In this document: positions 1 to 10,953 of the stretch, in pieces
Numbering within the stretch: position 1 is the first letter of the stretch
Layout: the number at the start of each line of letters is the position of its first letter
Assembly: GCA_054661495.1 (NCBI GenBank)
Contig: BAAFSQ010000018.1
Coordinates: 1 to 32,000 of the forward strand
Direction: 5' to 3'
Origin: Zygophlyctis sp. KS116
Lineage: Eukaryota; Fungi; Chytridiomycota
Length of the DNA: 32,000 bases
Translations under genes and position numbers: made by a program
Notes under the pieces: generated by a model
Seen by the model: the letters and a program-made list of their open reading frames with translations, nothing else
Told to the model about the DNA's origin: nothing
The model's database searches: none

Positions 1-98
1 AATTGGATGAAGATAAATCACGGCTATAGGAAAGAAGAGGTTTTTCCACTTTTTAGTTATTTTCGATCTAAAACTAAAGATCGATATAACTAGGTACT

Positions 99-160
99 GG
101 TACAGAAACCGGACCATTAACCGTTCATGATATCGTTATGAAAAATGGAACGCTTTGGAA
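99..160 (+). pseudogene. Relic fragment of a duplicated Reeler-domain gene
   Basis: 99-160 aligns without gaps to 947-1008 of the neighbouring gene (52/62 identical by hand count; GTETGPLTVHDIVMKNGTLWK vs GTETGSLTVNAIIMKDGAVWN). I see no intact surrounding ORF. Confidence 0.7.
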
Positions 161-538
161 AGAAATGACAAACCAAAAGATACTTATCCGCCCACCCGCC
201 GTCGTCCAAAATCTAAGAATGCGTCAGTAGATTCGACTCTAAGTCATAAGGCTAATGTGATTATACAAAAGAAATCACCCGACCGCTCCTTCAAGCGACT
301 ATATTGGATCTGAAATGCCTTGCAAGTATTAAAACTCCGGACTCCAGCAAAATAACACCCGATCCATAATGGGTTACAAGAATTGATTTTTCATAAATAA
401 TGTTCAATATATTTTCCATTACCGTACTTCCTGAAAAATTCCATACAAAACAGCTGAAAAACGATGGTTTTATTTGCTTATTATTAGATTGGTCGATCTA
501 AAAGTACCTATCCGAAAGCTGATATAAAAATAGATATG

Positions 539-585
539 CTATTAATAGAACTGGCGTCAATATTTAAGCAGCATTCTAATTATAG
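539..585. promoter_or_regulatory. Two CTA(W)4TAG MEF2/Rlm1-type sites upstream of the Reeler gene
   Basis: CTATTAATAG at 539-548 and CTAATTATAG at 576-585, both within 70 bp of the ATG at 605. Confidence 0.5.
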
Positions 586-604
586 AGTTTAAAAAAATTA
601 GAAA

Positions 605-1675
605 ATGTTTCATAAACTTGTCCTACTATCATTAGCATCCATCGCAATCGCCCGACCCAATGGGGCTCCAATATGTGATGTAGACACATTTGATACATCC
701 AACCATGGAGGTGCGACTTCGGACCTTAAGTATGATATTGCTGTAACTCCTCAAGGAAACAAGGCCACAATCGCAATCAATGATCAGTTCATTGGTTTGT
801 TACTATATGTCAGTGATGCCTCTGGTAAACATGTTGGATCTTTAGAACCTTCATCTGGAGATTTCAAAATTGCAACAGATTGTGGTGGTCAATCGACAAT
901 CACTCATTCATCTTCTGCCTCTAAGAGTGGAAAGTTTGAATGGTCAGGTACAGAAACCGGATCATTAACTGTCAATGCCATCATTATGAAAGATGGAGCG
1001 GTTTGGAATGTCTTCAAAGTTCCCTTGCAGATCGGACAATCATCAACTGTTGAGCCTACTGTTGAGCCTACTGTCGAGCCTACTGTCGAGCCTACTAAAG
1101 TAGAACCATCTCCAACGGCAACACCAAATGCACCAACATCGCAAGAACCCGAGGTAACGACAGTCAACGTTGTTCAAACAGTGACCCCCATTACACCTCC
1201 CACTGTATCTTTAGCCCCTGCTACGCATCAATATGGCTCTGATGATCATTCTAAAAAATATGATCATTCTAAAAAATATGATGATTCTAAAAAATATGAT
1301 GATTCTAAAACATATGATCATTCTAAAAAATATGATCATTCTCAAAAATATGATGATTCTAAAAAATACGATCATTCTCAAAAATATGATCACCAAGTAA
1401 CAAATCCAAACAAAGATTGTGATGAAGAACAAAAATTAAAGGAAAACAAGAATAGAAAGGTTTACAACAATCAAAAGAAATTGGTTAGGGGTGATCAGGA
1501 CAGAAAGAAGGAACCTGAGCATATATCAATAGAGAAACAAACAGATAAAAAGGATCGCGAAAAGACACATAAAAAGGCTCAACCCAAGAATATAGATGAA
1601 ATCAAAATAAGTGGAAGCACATGTATTTTGGCAACTCTACATGCAGTGTCATATGCATTCTTACTCTTGTTATAA
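605..1675 (+). CDS. Secreted or surface Reeler-domain protein with P/T-rich stalk, tandem YD(H/D)SKK repeats and a hydrophobic, GPI-like C-terminal tail
   Basis: Signal peptide MFHKLVLLSLASIAIA; Reeler-like motifs PNGAPIC, FIGLLLY..HVGSL and TITHSSSASKSGKFEW; hydrophobic end CILATLHAVSYAFLLLL. No intron is needed. Confidence 0.8.
   Translation: MFHKLVLLSLASIAIARPNGAPICDVDTFDTSNHGGATSDLKYDIAVTPQGNKATIAINDQFIGLLLYVSDASGKHVGSLEPSSGDFKIATDCGGQSTITHSSSASKSGKFEWSGTETGSLTVNAIIMKDGAVWNVFKVPLQIGQSSTVEPTVEPTVEPTVEPTKVEPSPTATPNAPTSQEPEVTTVNVVQTVTPITPPTVSLAPATHQYGSDDHSKKYDHSKKYDDSKKYDDSKTYDHSKKYDHSQKYDDSKKYDHSQKYDHQVTNPNKDCDEEQKLKENKNRKVYNNQKKLVRGDQDRKKEPEHISIEKQTDKKDREKTHKKAQPKNIDEIKISGSTCILATLHAVSYAFLLLL
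1046..1096 (+). repeat. 12-bp coding tandem repeat (TVEP x4)
   Basis: actgt(t/c)gagcct repeated 4 times. Confidence 0.95.
1241..1393 (+). repeat. 18-bp coding tandem repeat (YD[H/D]S[K/Q]K, about 8.5 units)
   Basis: tatgat(c/g)attct(a/c)aaaaa units with no spacers. Confidence 0.95.
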
Positions 1676-1700
1676 ATAAGAACTTTGTAACGCATTGCCA

Positions 1701-3329
1701 TTAATTGTTTTGAGACATCTTCTTTACTTGAGGCGGCCAATCCAGATGAACAGCGGTAACATCGAGCTCTAAGCATTCTGCCGAATCACAATTTAAAAGA
1801 GTAACTAAATTTGGAGTAGTCCTTCCATTATCTCCATGAACAAACTCCTTCACATAAGTGCCAGCTGAAGTCTTCATCTCCACCTCTAGTAATTCAACTA
1901 CTTCCCCAATTTCCTTATTATGCGGTATTATGGAAATTGATTCTATCACTTTCTGTCTGACTAAATCAGCTCTCCGAGGAATTCTTGTAGGTGTTCTTTG
2001 ATCAAGCATAATGTTTTTCTTTCCCGAAATCTCCTTTAAAGCTATAAAGCTTACAGGCGGATGCACCTTTACTCGACATGCATAACTCTTTGACTTAGTA
2101 GACGCAGAGTCTTTTAAAACCTTTATCGACTCACTAAACATGATAAAATCAAAAATACCGATCAACAATTTGCAAATCTTTGGTACCAATCATCCCATTA
2201 GATGACTCTGAAATCATCTTTTCGAGCATTGTTATTTCCTCCTGAGAATAATCTAGATTTTTTGGATTAACTAGTTCAAGATAAAACGGTCTACCACTGC
2301 CCAACTAAATTATAAAATTGAAAATCAATTACCATCAAAACATCTGCATCTTCCCGACCTGCAGAAGAAAACTTATAAGCTTTTTCTTCACATTTAAAAT
2401 ATGGAGTAACATTATCTGCAATAAGCTCTTCCATAGAATGTTCTGCCAACCTTTTTCCATCAATAATCCATGCTGAATTGCTAATATGTCTTTGAAATTT
2501 ATTATAACGCCCTGCTAAAAATATTGAATCATGCCAAAATGAGATATTTGAAACACTTGAATGAGTTTTTAAGGCTGGTGGTGGACACATACCAGCTTGT
2601 AATAAATTCTGAAAAGTTAATTTTTCTGCAGATCTAGCAATTTTTTCTCCAGATGCACCTTCTACAACAATTCTCCCCTTTCTTTTCACCTTTCTTACTT
2701 TAAATCCCAATTCTGGGATATCAACCATAAATCTGTAATCATTTACAGTTTCATCATGCGTAATTGAAAGGACTAATGCGAATGGACTCTAAACGTTTAA
2801 ATAAACAAATTACATTCGCATCAAACTTGAATCCTGAAGCATTGGAAAATGAATCTGCGACCAGATACCTAAATATCTCCCTGATCTCTATAAAATCTGG
2901 TAAAGCCCCAGAGACCTGATCATCCGATGCTAATTTCTCCTCCAAAAATCTTTTAATAGAAGCATTTCTGATTGCCAATTGAGGAGGAAATTGCATTCTT
3001 AAAGAAAATGTTTTTTCCTTTAGCTTATACTCCTTCAAAAGTTCCATGGCAGGCAATGCAATCGCAGAGTAATCCATTTGAAGCAATCCGACACATACAG
3101 AACAAGTATTTTCAGATTCTTGTAATGATCTTTTGGAGGGAACAGAAGGCGACGAATCTAGATTTAAATGCACTGATCTATCTCTGATTCCGACTAGTCT
3201 AAACATGCATCGGTTGCAAACATCAAGATCAGCCATCAAATTAAAAATCTTTTCAGATATTTTCAATTGGAGAGGCATGCAGGCAGTACCAAGTTGTTTC
3301 AGTAATCCAGGGATTCTTAATGAACTCAT
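1701..3329 (-). CDS. PUS10: tRNA pseudouridine synthase Pus10 (4 exons; introns 2789-2813, 2305-2332, 2134-2158)
   Basis: N-terminal CxxC pairs (CNRC, CSVC), GRYNK, catalytic SAGREDADV, GRPF, QRTPTR and AGTYVKEFVHGDNGRTTP. Three GT-AG introns (25, 28, 25 nt) join the three ORFs in frame. Confidence 0.93.
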
Positions 3330-3373
3330 AACTGCAAAAATAATTTCTAGAGAATTTTTATGAAAAATTGAAC

Positions 3374-5321
3374 TTATTCTTGAACCGATCGCACATTCAA
3401 AACTGATATCTTTCCAGGGGTTTGAAGCTTTCGCAAGCCATTTGAGAATGAATTTACAAATAAATCAGCATCATTCTCTGATACCGCTGTTTTATCATAC
3501 GCAATCATTATAGACATGTTACCTCCAAGAGTAATCACTCCAAGTGTAAAAAGTCCCCGTGCTCTAGTAATAAATTATAAACTAATTTACCCATCAAAGG
3601 AAGAATTAATAATGCCACCAAATTTATCAAGCCGTAATCGCATGTCATCTTCAGGAGAATTAGGAGTTGCAGTTGGAGCGTCCCATGCACCCAAGTTTGC
3701 CAATTCCACTGAAAACTGTCTTGAAAGTTTATCTAATTGAACTCTTTTCTTGATAAAATTAAATAATTTTGGCCGTCTGTAAATATAATTCGCAAACTTT
3801 AGCCTTGTTAAAGAAGTTCTGAAGCTAGTAATAATTCCTCTTCTCACAGTCCTACTTCGCTCCCAAAAATCATGCTTGTCACAGAGCTTTAGACTAGCAT
3901 TTGCCAAAGATCCAGCATACCCTCCAAAAACATTTACTGAAGGGTCTGTTTGTTTATCTGCTCCGTATAATAGTTTTGAATTAGGGAGGAGATGCCGCAT
4001 TGAATTGGTGACAACCCATCCCTGTCTAGCAGGAAACGTTTTTTTCTTGTATTTTTTAACATTACTAAATGCAGTTCGAACAGCAGACAATGCCAAAACT
4101 ACTAAAACAGCTGCAATAGTAGTTCCTTCTTTTTTAGAATTTTTACGAAGCGTAGATACAAACTGCTCATCAAAGAATAAAAACCGTGTTGAAGTTAATC
4201 TTTGATTTTGTTCAGCGTTTGTATCAGAATGTTCAGGGCTTTCAGACTCAATAACATCAATATCATCATAAGATCCAATATTATCATCTTCTAATTCCCT
4301 CTCTTTTCTTCCTTTATACCTTTTATGTCTCTTCTTTGATATAGCCCCAGCAATCATTCCAAAAGCAGCTAAAATTTAAAAAAAAACTAAATACCAGGTA
4401 AAATCTCAAAAAACCCAGGATTCATTAAATTATCTAGAATAGGAGGAGGCGAATCTGCCAAAACCACTTTTTCTAGCCCCAAATTCTGATCTAAATCCCA
4501 AAAACGCTTATCCATAAATTTCATAAATGTTCTTGCAAAAGCCCACATTGATAATCCATCTCCCAAACAATGATGAAAAGAAAAAGCAATTTCAAACTTT
4601 TCATAATTACAACTAGTTTCTTGTATTGGAGTTGAAGTCAAAGACTGATCAACTTCTTCCAAGACTGTATTTGGGTCATTTGAATCTAGTTTTTTATGAA
4701 AATCACCACTTTTTCCTAAATATTCTTGATATTCCTTTGCTTTTTCTACAGATGCAACAATAGCAACTTTCCACAATGGCCTTTTCCCTTCCAACTTAAA
4801 ATTTGTATTTAATTCTTTTCTTAAAACCGCCTCATAAGTCTTTTCATCTACTTTTCTGGGCACTATTTTGACTAAAAGAGGTAAATTAGCGGCATTAAAC
4901 GCTAAAGGTTCAAACGTTTTTGAATCTGGATTGATACTACAACATAATCTATAATGTTCCGCTGCTGCTAATTTAACCAAATCAATTATTCTTGCGACAG
5001 ATGTTGATTGATTTGGGGGTGTAAGCAATCTCATCCAAATAGACATTATAACCTGTGGTTTATCAGCTGGCGATGAGTAAAAGTAAGTTTCAGGAATAGA
5101 TAAACCATTGATTGGAGTAATCGGTTTTAGAGATTTTCCTTTTTTCAAAAGTCCGGTTGCCCAAAGCATAGACGGCCGTCTCTAATATTAAACTAACAAA
5201 TTACAGAAATGGATGCTGCTTGTGTTGCATTCGTTTCGGCTGATGTTTCTGACTTTTCAGGAATGGATGCTGATGTATGGGTTGCTGGCTCAATAGGCTC
5301 CGCAGCTGCCTCTTTCGTCAT
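3374..5321 (-). CDS. Stand-alone condensation-domain / alcohol-acetyltransferase-like CoA-dependent acyltransferase (introns 5182-5204, 4369-4394, 3564-3590)
   Basis: HHxxxDG motif (FHHCLGDGLS), ELNTNF...PLWKV and SKKEGTTIAAVL. Introns of 23, 26 and 27 nt give one frame from ATG 5321 to TAA 3374. Confidence 0.8.
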
Positions 5322-5490
5322 TTGCGCTCGGGGGTTTGGAACGTGATCGTTGGTGAGATCAGGCTCTTAATAAAGCAAGTCAGAACGGTCTTGTGTTAGT
5401 CTCAGGTTCGAATGCAGTTTACTAATGGGAAATATAAAGCAAAATTCTACAGCAAATAAATTCTTGTAAGCAAATTTTCTACTAGTTAAA

Positions 5491-6342
5491 ATGACAAAAA
5501 AATCTCTCCTCTCAGCAGCTTCTACTGGACGATCAGAGGCAAGGATCCAAAAGCCGAATAATGCATCTACTAAAAATAAGCAGAGACTGCTAATTCTTGC
5601 ATCGAGAGGAATCATTTCTTCTTTTAGACACTTGATGAATGATCTAAATCAGCTATTGCCACATTCTAAAAAAGAAGCAAAATGGGATACAAAGGGGCAT
5701 CTGAATTCCTTGAATGAGCTTTGTGAACTGTGTAATACAAACAATTGTTTGTATTTTGAAACCAGAAAAAAAGAATTATACTGGTGGTTGTCAAAGACTC
5801 CAAATGGTCCTTCAGTAAAGTTTAATGTCCTAAATGTCTTTAATCTTTCAGAATTGAAATTGACTGGAAATTGTTTGAAAGGATCTAGACCTATTTTATC
5901 ATTTGATGCTAGCTTTGACTCCGAGCCATTTTTAAAATTAACAAAAGAGATTCTGACTCAGACTTTTGGTACACCAACTTCATCTAGGAAAAAGAAACCA
6001 TTCTTTGATCATGTCTTCACATTTACTTGGGCTGATGGGCGTATCTGGTTTAGAAATTATCAAATTATGCAAGATGAACAAGATCAAGATAAAATGGCTT
6101 TAGAAGAAATTGGGCCAAGATTTGTGCTACAAATTGCTAGAATATTTGATGGGAGCTTTGGAGGTTCGACAATTTATGAAAATTCAGAGTTTAAGACTGG
6201 TCAACAAAAGAGAGTTATGGCAAAAATTGCAGCTTCTGCCGGGTATAAGCAAAGGCAAAACTCACTGGCATCAAGACAAGAGAAATTGATTCAGAATCAA
6301 TTGCCAAAAGATCCTTTGGAAGATGTCTTCAAGTCTGGTTAA
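5491..6342 (+). CDS. BRX1: Ribosome biogenesis protein Brx1 (Brix domain)
   Basis: SRGI...RHLMNDL..LLPHSKKE, PNGPSVKF, GNCLKGSRPILSFD, KPFFDHV, IWFRNYQI, EIGPRFVL, IFDGSFGG. Confidence 0.96.
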   Translation: MTKKSLLSAASTGRSEARIQKPNNASTKNKQRLLILASRGIISSFRHLMNDLNQLLPHSKKEAKWDTKGHLNSLNELCELCNTNNCLYFETRKKELYWWLSKTPNGPSVKFNVLNVFNLSELKLTGNCLKGSRPILSFDASFDSEPFLKLTKEILTQTFGTPTSSRKKKPFFDHVFTFTWADGRIWFRNYQIMQDEQDQDKMALEEIGPRFVLQIARIFDGSFGGSTIYENSEFKTGQQKRVMAKIAASAGYKQRQNSLASRQEKLIQNQLPKDPLEDVFKSG

Positions 6343-7746
6343 CGGAAAAATTGAAATACAAGTTCATTCCTCTTTTTCAATGTGAATATTTTCCAAAACT
6401 TTAAATGAGTCCAAATATACTTACTTTTATAAATTCATCAGGTGCTGCAGACACAAGTGTGGTTCCACCACCAGAGAGACCTAAAAAAGATGGTGTGCAG
6501 TCATGTCCGTTCCAACATTTTTGTATTTTTAGTTCAGGATAGCTACATAATGTAAGATGTTCATCTGTAGAATCAGTAGAAATCAATATTTCAGATGTTT
6601 CAGATGACCATAAAATATTGCAGACTTCGTTCTCTGTATTAATTTGACCTGTAATCTTTCCTTTGAAGACTGAGTAAAAATTAACAGTCTTTCCTCCTGC
6701 TATCGCTAATATATCTGGAAAGCACAATCCCCAAGCAAAGTCAACAATCGGACTTGGATGACTGATCAGCCGAATTAGAGTTTTATGACGCCATAAACTT
6801 ACTAATCCTCTGATCTCTCCAACAGCAATATAATCTGTACTTGAACGGATCCTAACAATTGCAGAAGAATGAGGCGTCCCAAGGAGATTTTGCTTTTCAG
6901 ATAGACATTTTCTGTTTCCTTCTTTTTTAATCGAATATATTATAAGTGAACCGTCACTAGATCCAATCCATAAGACATCATCCCCTTCAAATTCCAACTT
7001 TAAATCTAAACCAAAAATGTGACTGCTGCAAGACTTTACTTCATTGAATCCACTTACATCAAAATGATGCAATGTAATCTTTCCTGATTTAGTTCCAACT
7101 GCTAATTTACGACCGCTACTTGAAAATCGGATGCATGAAATAGAGTCCGAAGCATCCAATTGTAATAGAATTTTTGTTTCATCATTATTCTATCTATTAA
7201 TTGATGCTGGCTTACCTCTCTCCATAGATACACGGTATTATTCAGAACAACTGCAACTACACCTATAGTGCTACAATCCATCATAGAAACAGTCCGGTCA
7301 TTGGTTAACCCTGGAGCGTCCAAGATCCGATCAGGAGAAAACTTGCGAATGATTTCCGGATTTTTCAGCGGCAATTTAAGGAAAGAAGACGGATCCAGTT
7401 TATGAAGATCGCGAAGAGGACGATAGTGCATTGAAGGAGAACTGATTGGAGATGCATATTTAAGTACCAACGGCAGAGATCTGACACCGGAAGCATATGA
7501 TAAAAGTCCATTGTAATCATTATCATCAGATAATGGTGGGCTCTTTATATGATGAGATATTTGAAGCTTTCTTGATGGTGATATGATCGGCATTAATCTA
7601 TCGCCATATTTAATTTTACTATGTGGCTTTGATGATACACATGATTTTGGGTGGATGGAATCTGCGATCTTTGTAGATGCTTTCAACCGTTCAGATCTAC
7701 GAATGATTCCATGTCTTATCTGTCCCTTTCTCTTGGTTTTTTGCAT
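6339..7746 (-). CDS. Divergent Cdc20/Fizzy-family APC/C activator (WD40; introns 7190-7215, 6399-6424)
   Basis: C-box-like GDRLMP, RILDAPGL, TVYLW, LAIAGG, QVCN-like EVCNILWS and SAAPDEFIKFWKIF after splicing. The C-terminal ...QFFR resembles the IR tail. Confidence 0.85.
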
Positions 7747-7941
7747 TTAAATTTAGATTTAATAATTTCAAGTCCGATTCCGCCATTAGGAGACACCTTC
7801 GCCTTGATACAAGATCGATTTTAATTCAGACTGTAAATCATAAAAATTAACAATTATTTTCTTTGAAAAACGATTGGTTAAATAAAAACGTTATCATTTG
7901 GTGCATCTAATTCTGTGTTACTGGAGTTTTTTTTGATGCAT

Positions 7942-9742
7942 TTACTTTTCCAAGCAAAAGTAAAATGATCGATTTGGCCCCACGGATTCTTTGTAGAGTC
8001 TAATTGCCTCTACTGCCGCATCTGTAGGATTCATTCGATCCATTTGATTGCGTGTATTACTTAATCCACTAAAACATTTTTCATTTTGACAGTGAGGGCT
8101 TCCACATCCTTGAGTGAGTTGTGAATGGTAAGTCCGAATGATTTGTTCAGGAATGTCAGCCTTTTGAGAAAGAAATTTAATACATCCTTGACAAAGATCA
8201 AAAGCATTCCTGTATTCTGAAACCAAAGGATTACTGCAATTAATATTTGAGCAAATCAATTTAGGAGTCGACTTTTCTGCTAAAGAGTGTAATTTTGAAT
8301 GAATCTGAATTTCTTTGAGCTGGACTTGCTTTTGACAATTGATACAAGTGATAGTTCTTGATCCACAAACAGATTCATGCTCTGTTAGCCCAGTCCCCAA
8401 GTATAAATCCTTTGCCAGAAAAGATTTTGGTCCTGCACGCACCATCAAATGACAAAACCTACAAATAATCATCCTTTCTGGACAATCAGTCATTCTATGA
8501 TTTGCCAAATCTGATAAAAAGTATAGAGATCCACAGTCACAGCAAGTTGGAATATGAATGTACTTATGATGCTTTTCTTTACCCCGAATATCACCCATGT
8601 ACTGACATTCCGCCATTTCACAATGCCAATGATTGCTAAATTCAGAGCGTTTAAATACTTGAGAGCATTTTATACATGCAATATTATTTCTCTCGCAAAA
8701 TGCAGAGTGCATTATTATAGTTGTTTGAGGAATCCAAGCTTTACAATTTTTACACTGAACACTCCCTTCTGCAGGCATTATTGAACTTGAAGATTCCAAA
8801 GCCTTTAATTCTTTTTGAAAAGGTGTATTTGAACGAATCAATTTAAAATCAAATCCTGTATTATTTGTATTATTTGTATTGCCAATAATCCCAATATACA
8901 ACAACTTTTGACCAGTATTTTCTAATTTAAATTCCAAACTTGAACTTGCATATTCTACACTAAAATACTCATGATGCATTAGATCAGGAAACTCGTATAA
9001 TCTAGACACAAAAACATCCAAATCTTCTCCTTGCTTTAAATTACAAACTAATTTCATGAATGGCATAGTCTCTTCAATTTGAACCTAGACTTTAATTAGA
9101 AAAAAATACCTCTAAATAGAGTGAATTTTCTAATTTCCCATCACTTAAACTTGCAATATTATTTTTCCAGTCCAAAACCACCCGAGAATTAGACTTTACT
9201 CTATCCAACCCTACACCTACCGGTGAGACAATATCCACTTCAATATCTGTATTTAAACAAAGAACAGCATCCTTTGGCTTTAAATCAGAGATTAGAAATT
9301 TAATTTCCTTTTTATCAGCACAACTTTTCGACTTTTCAAGAGTAATTGTTAGGGTTTCATTCTTGACCAATGTCGCAAATTTCAATCTTAGAGTAGCTTC
9401 TAAAAGAGCTCTATAATCCATACTATATTCTACATTTGAAATAAGCGTAAGTTGCGCAAAAGTCCCTTTTTCCAAAACCACTCTCCTTAGTCCAACTTTC
9501 TCCATAATATTACCAGAAAACGCTCCCATTTTCTCTTTTGAAAGAGTTACTTGACCGTCCGAACCTGTAAATTCCCAACCTATCCCATAAGAGACTGATC
9601 CATCATGAAATAAAATTTGTAAAATTAAAGGAGAATCATGAGAAAATTCATCTTTTAAAACCTCCAAGAGTCTAGAGTCTAGCACTAGTCTGTCCCCAAC
9701 CAACAAATCGGAGACTATTGGCTCAAAAGATCCTAAATCCAT
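7942..9742 (-). CDS. UFD1-like domain protein with TRAF-type zinc fingers and a C-terminal AZUL-like domain (intron 9085-9109)
   Basis: UFD1-like GDRLVL, EFT, LEKGTFAQL, RALLEATLR..FATL and NTDIEVDI; repeated CxxC/H fingers; YHSQLTQGCGSPHCQNEKC resembles the UBE3A AZUL domain. Confidence 0.8.
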
Positions 9743-9806
9743 AACCTACCAGCGTGACTAATTTAAAACTCCAACCCTCAACAGTAACATTGGAAACCTA
9801 GACAAG

Positions 9807-10148
9807 ATGAAAAAATCAGTCAAATCTAATAAATCCTTTAAATCCAAGAAATCAGCCAAAATAGACTTTATTCCCTATAATCCTCAAGACAGAACAGAAT
9901 ACTTGACAGGATTCCATACCAGAAAACTTGCTAAAAAATCCTTGGCAATTTCTAAAAAAAAGAAACATTTAAAAGCTGAAAAATTAGAATTCAAAAGACT
10001 TAAAAGAGAATCTCTTGCTTCTAAAATTTCTATAGTTGAACAAGACTATGATCTAATCAATTCTGTTAATCAAAAAGAATTTTGTCTTTTAGAAGAAAAA
10101 GTCTCTAAAGATTCTAAAATATCTATTTCAACTCCAACCATTCTTTAG
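9807..10148 (+). CDS. RRP17: Rrp17/Nop25 (NOL12-like) rRNA-processing protein, short form
   Basis: YNPQDRTEYLTGFHTRK matches the family motif FDxxxRxEYLTGFHKRK, followed by a basic coiled coil. Confidence 0.8.
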   Translation: MKKSVKSNKSFKSKKSAKIDFIPYNPQDRTEYLTGFHTRKLAKKSLAISKKKKHLKAEKLEFKRLKRESLASKISIVEQDYDLINSVNQKEFCLLEEKVSKDSKISISTPTIL

Positions 10149-10710
10149 GAAATTCTAAATTTTTAGAATTTCTAGTGTGAAATTTCAAATCTTTAAATTC
10201 ACTTCTAGATGCACTTGACAGTAATTTAGAAAACATACTCTTTAAATGATCAATATTATCTTGTGCAGTACATGTATCTTGAGGAGGACAGTCTATAGTA
10301 TCTTTAGAATTGATCTTGATTAAATCTGTTCTAGAATTATAGTATTTTCCACAAATTAACTTTAAAACATGCTTCATGTTTTCAGAAACTGATAGATTAT
10401 TGACTTTTACTAGTAAAATGACAGAATTATTCAATGGTTGAGGTATAGTATAATCATAAATGTGTTCTTGTACAGTTTGAAAACAAAGACTAGAATTTAG
10501 AGGAATTTTAGAGTCCTGTTTTACATCAAGATTAAAAGAATTAACAAAATTTAAAGCTTTTGTAGTCCATTCTGCAGTTTCTAGAAAATCAATTTCATAT
10601 TTATGGAGTCCATCTTGAGAAGATCCAGTGATTTTAGAGACTGGGAGGTCTTTGGGAGTGAGAAAAGAATTGTATTTTCTAGGAAATTTAGTAAAATTTG
10701 TGGGTTTCAT
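10123..10710 (-). CDS. RSM24: Mitochondrial small-subunit ribosomal protein mS35 (Rsm24/MRPS35-like)
   Basis: VILLVKVNNL...KHVLKLICGKYYNSRTDLIKINS, NIDHLKSMFSKLL and C-terminal FPKEW are typical of fungal Rsm24. The sequence is divergent. Confidence 0.7.
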   Translation of the reverse strand: MKPTNFTKFPRKYNSFLTPKDLPVSKITGSSQDGLHKYEIDFLETAEWTTKALNFVNSFNLDVKQDSKIPLNSSLCFQTVQEHIYDYTIPQPLNNSVILLVKVNNLSVSENMKHVLKLICGKYYNSRTDLIKINSKDTIDCPPQDTCTAQDNIDHLKSMFSKLLSSASRSEFKDLKFHTRNSKNLEFPKEWLELK

Positions 10711-10770
10711 TCTTTTTTCTTTTAGTTTTTCTAGTTTTCTAGTTTTCTAGTTTTTGTAGAAATTTTACTT

Positions 10771-10880
10771 TTTACTTTAGGTTTTCACTTTTTACTTTAG
10801 GTTTCTTGTTTTTACTTTAGGTTTCTAGTTTTTACTTTAGGTTTCTAGTTTTTACTGTAGGTTTTCACTTTTTACTTTAG
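10771..10880. repeat. 20-bp non-coding tandem repeat (about 5.5 units, tttactttaggttt(c/t)nnntt)
   Basis: Units start at 10771, 10791, 10811, 10831, 10851 and 10871. They are preceded by (ttttctag)n and followed by scattered TAGGTTT copies up to about 11170. Confidence 0.9.
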
Positions 10881-10953
10881 TAAACTTTAGACTTTAGGTT
10901 TTTAAGGGATTTAGTTAAAAAATGGACTTTTTATTCCTTATTGTACACCTGAT

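Noticed and set aside
1241-1393. Regular 18-bp repeats as a possible CRISPR array
   Set aside because: No unique spacers, in frame within a eukaryotic coding sequence, and no cas genes.
904-1432. Minus-strand ORFs 904-1167 and 1211-1432
   Set aside because: Antisense shadows of the coding repeats in the Reeler gene.
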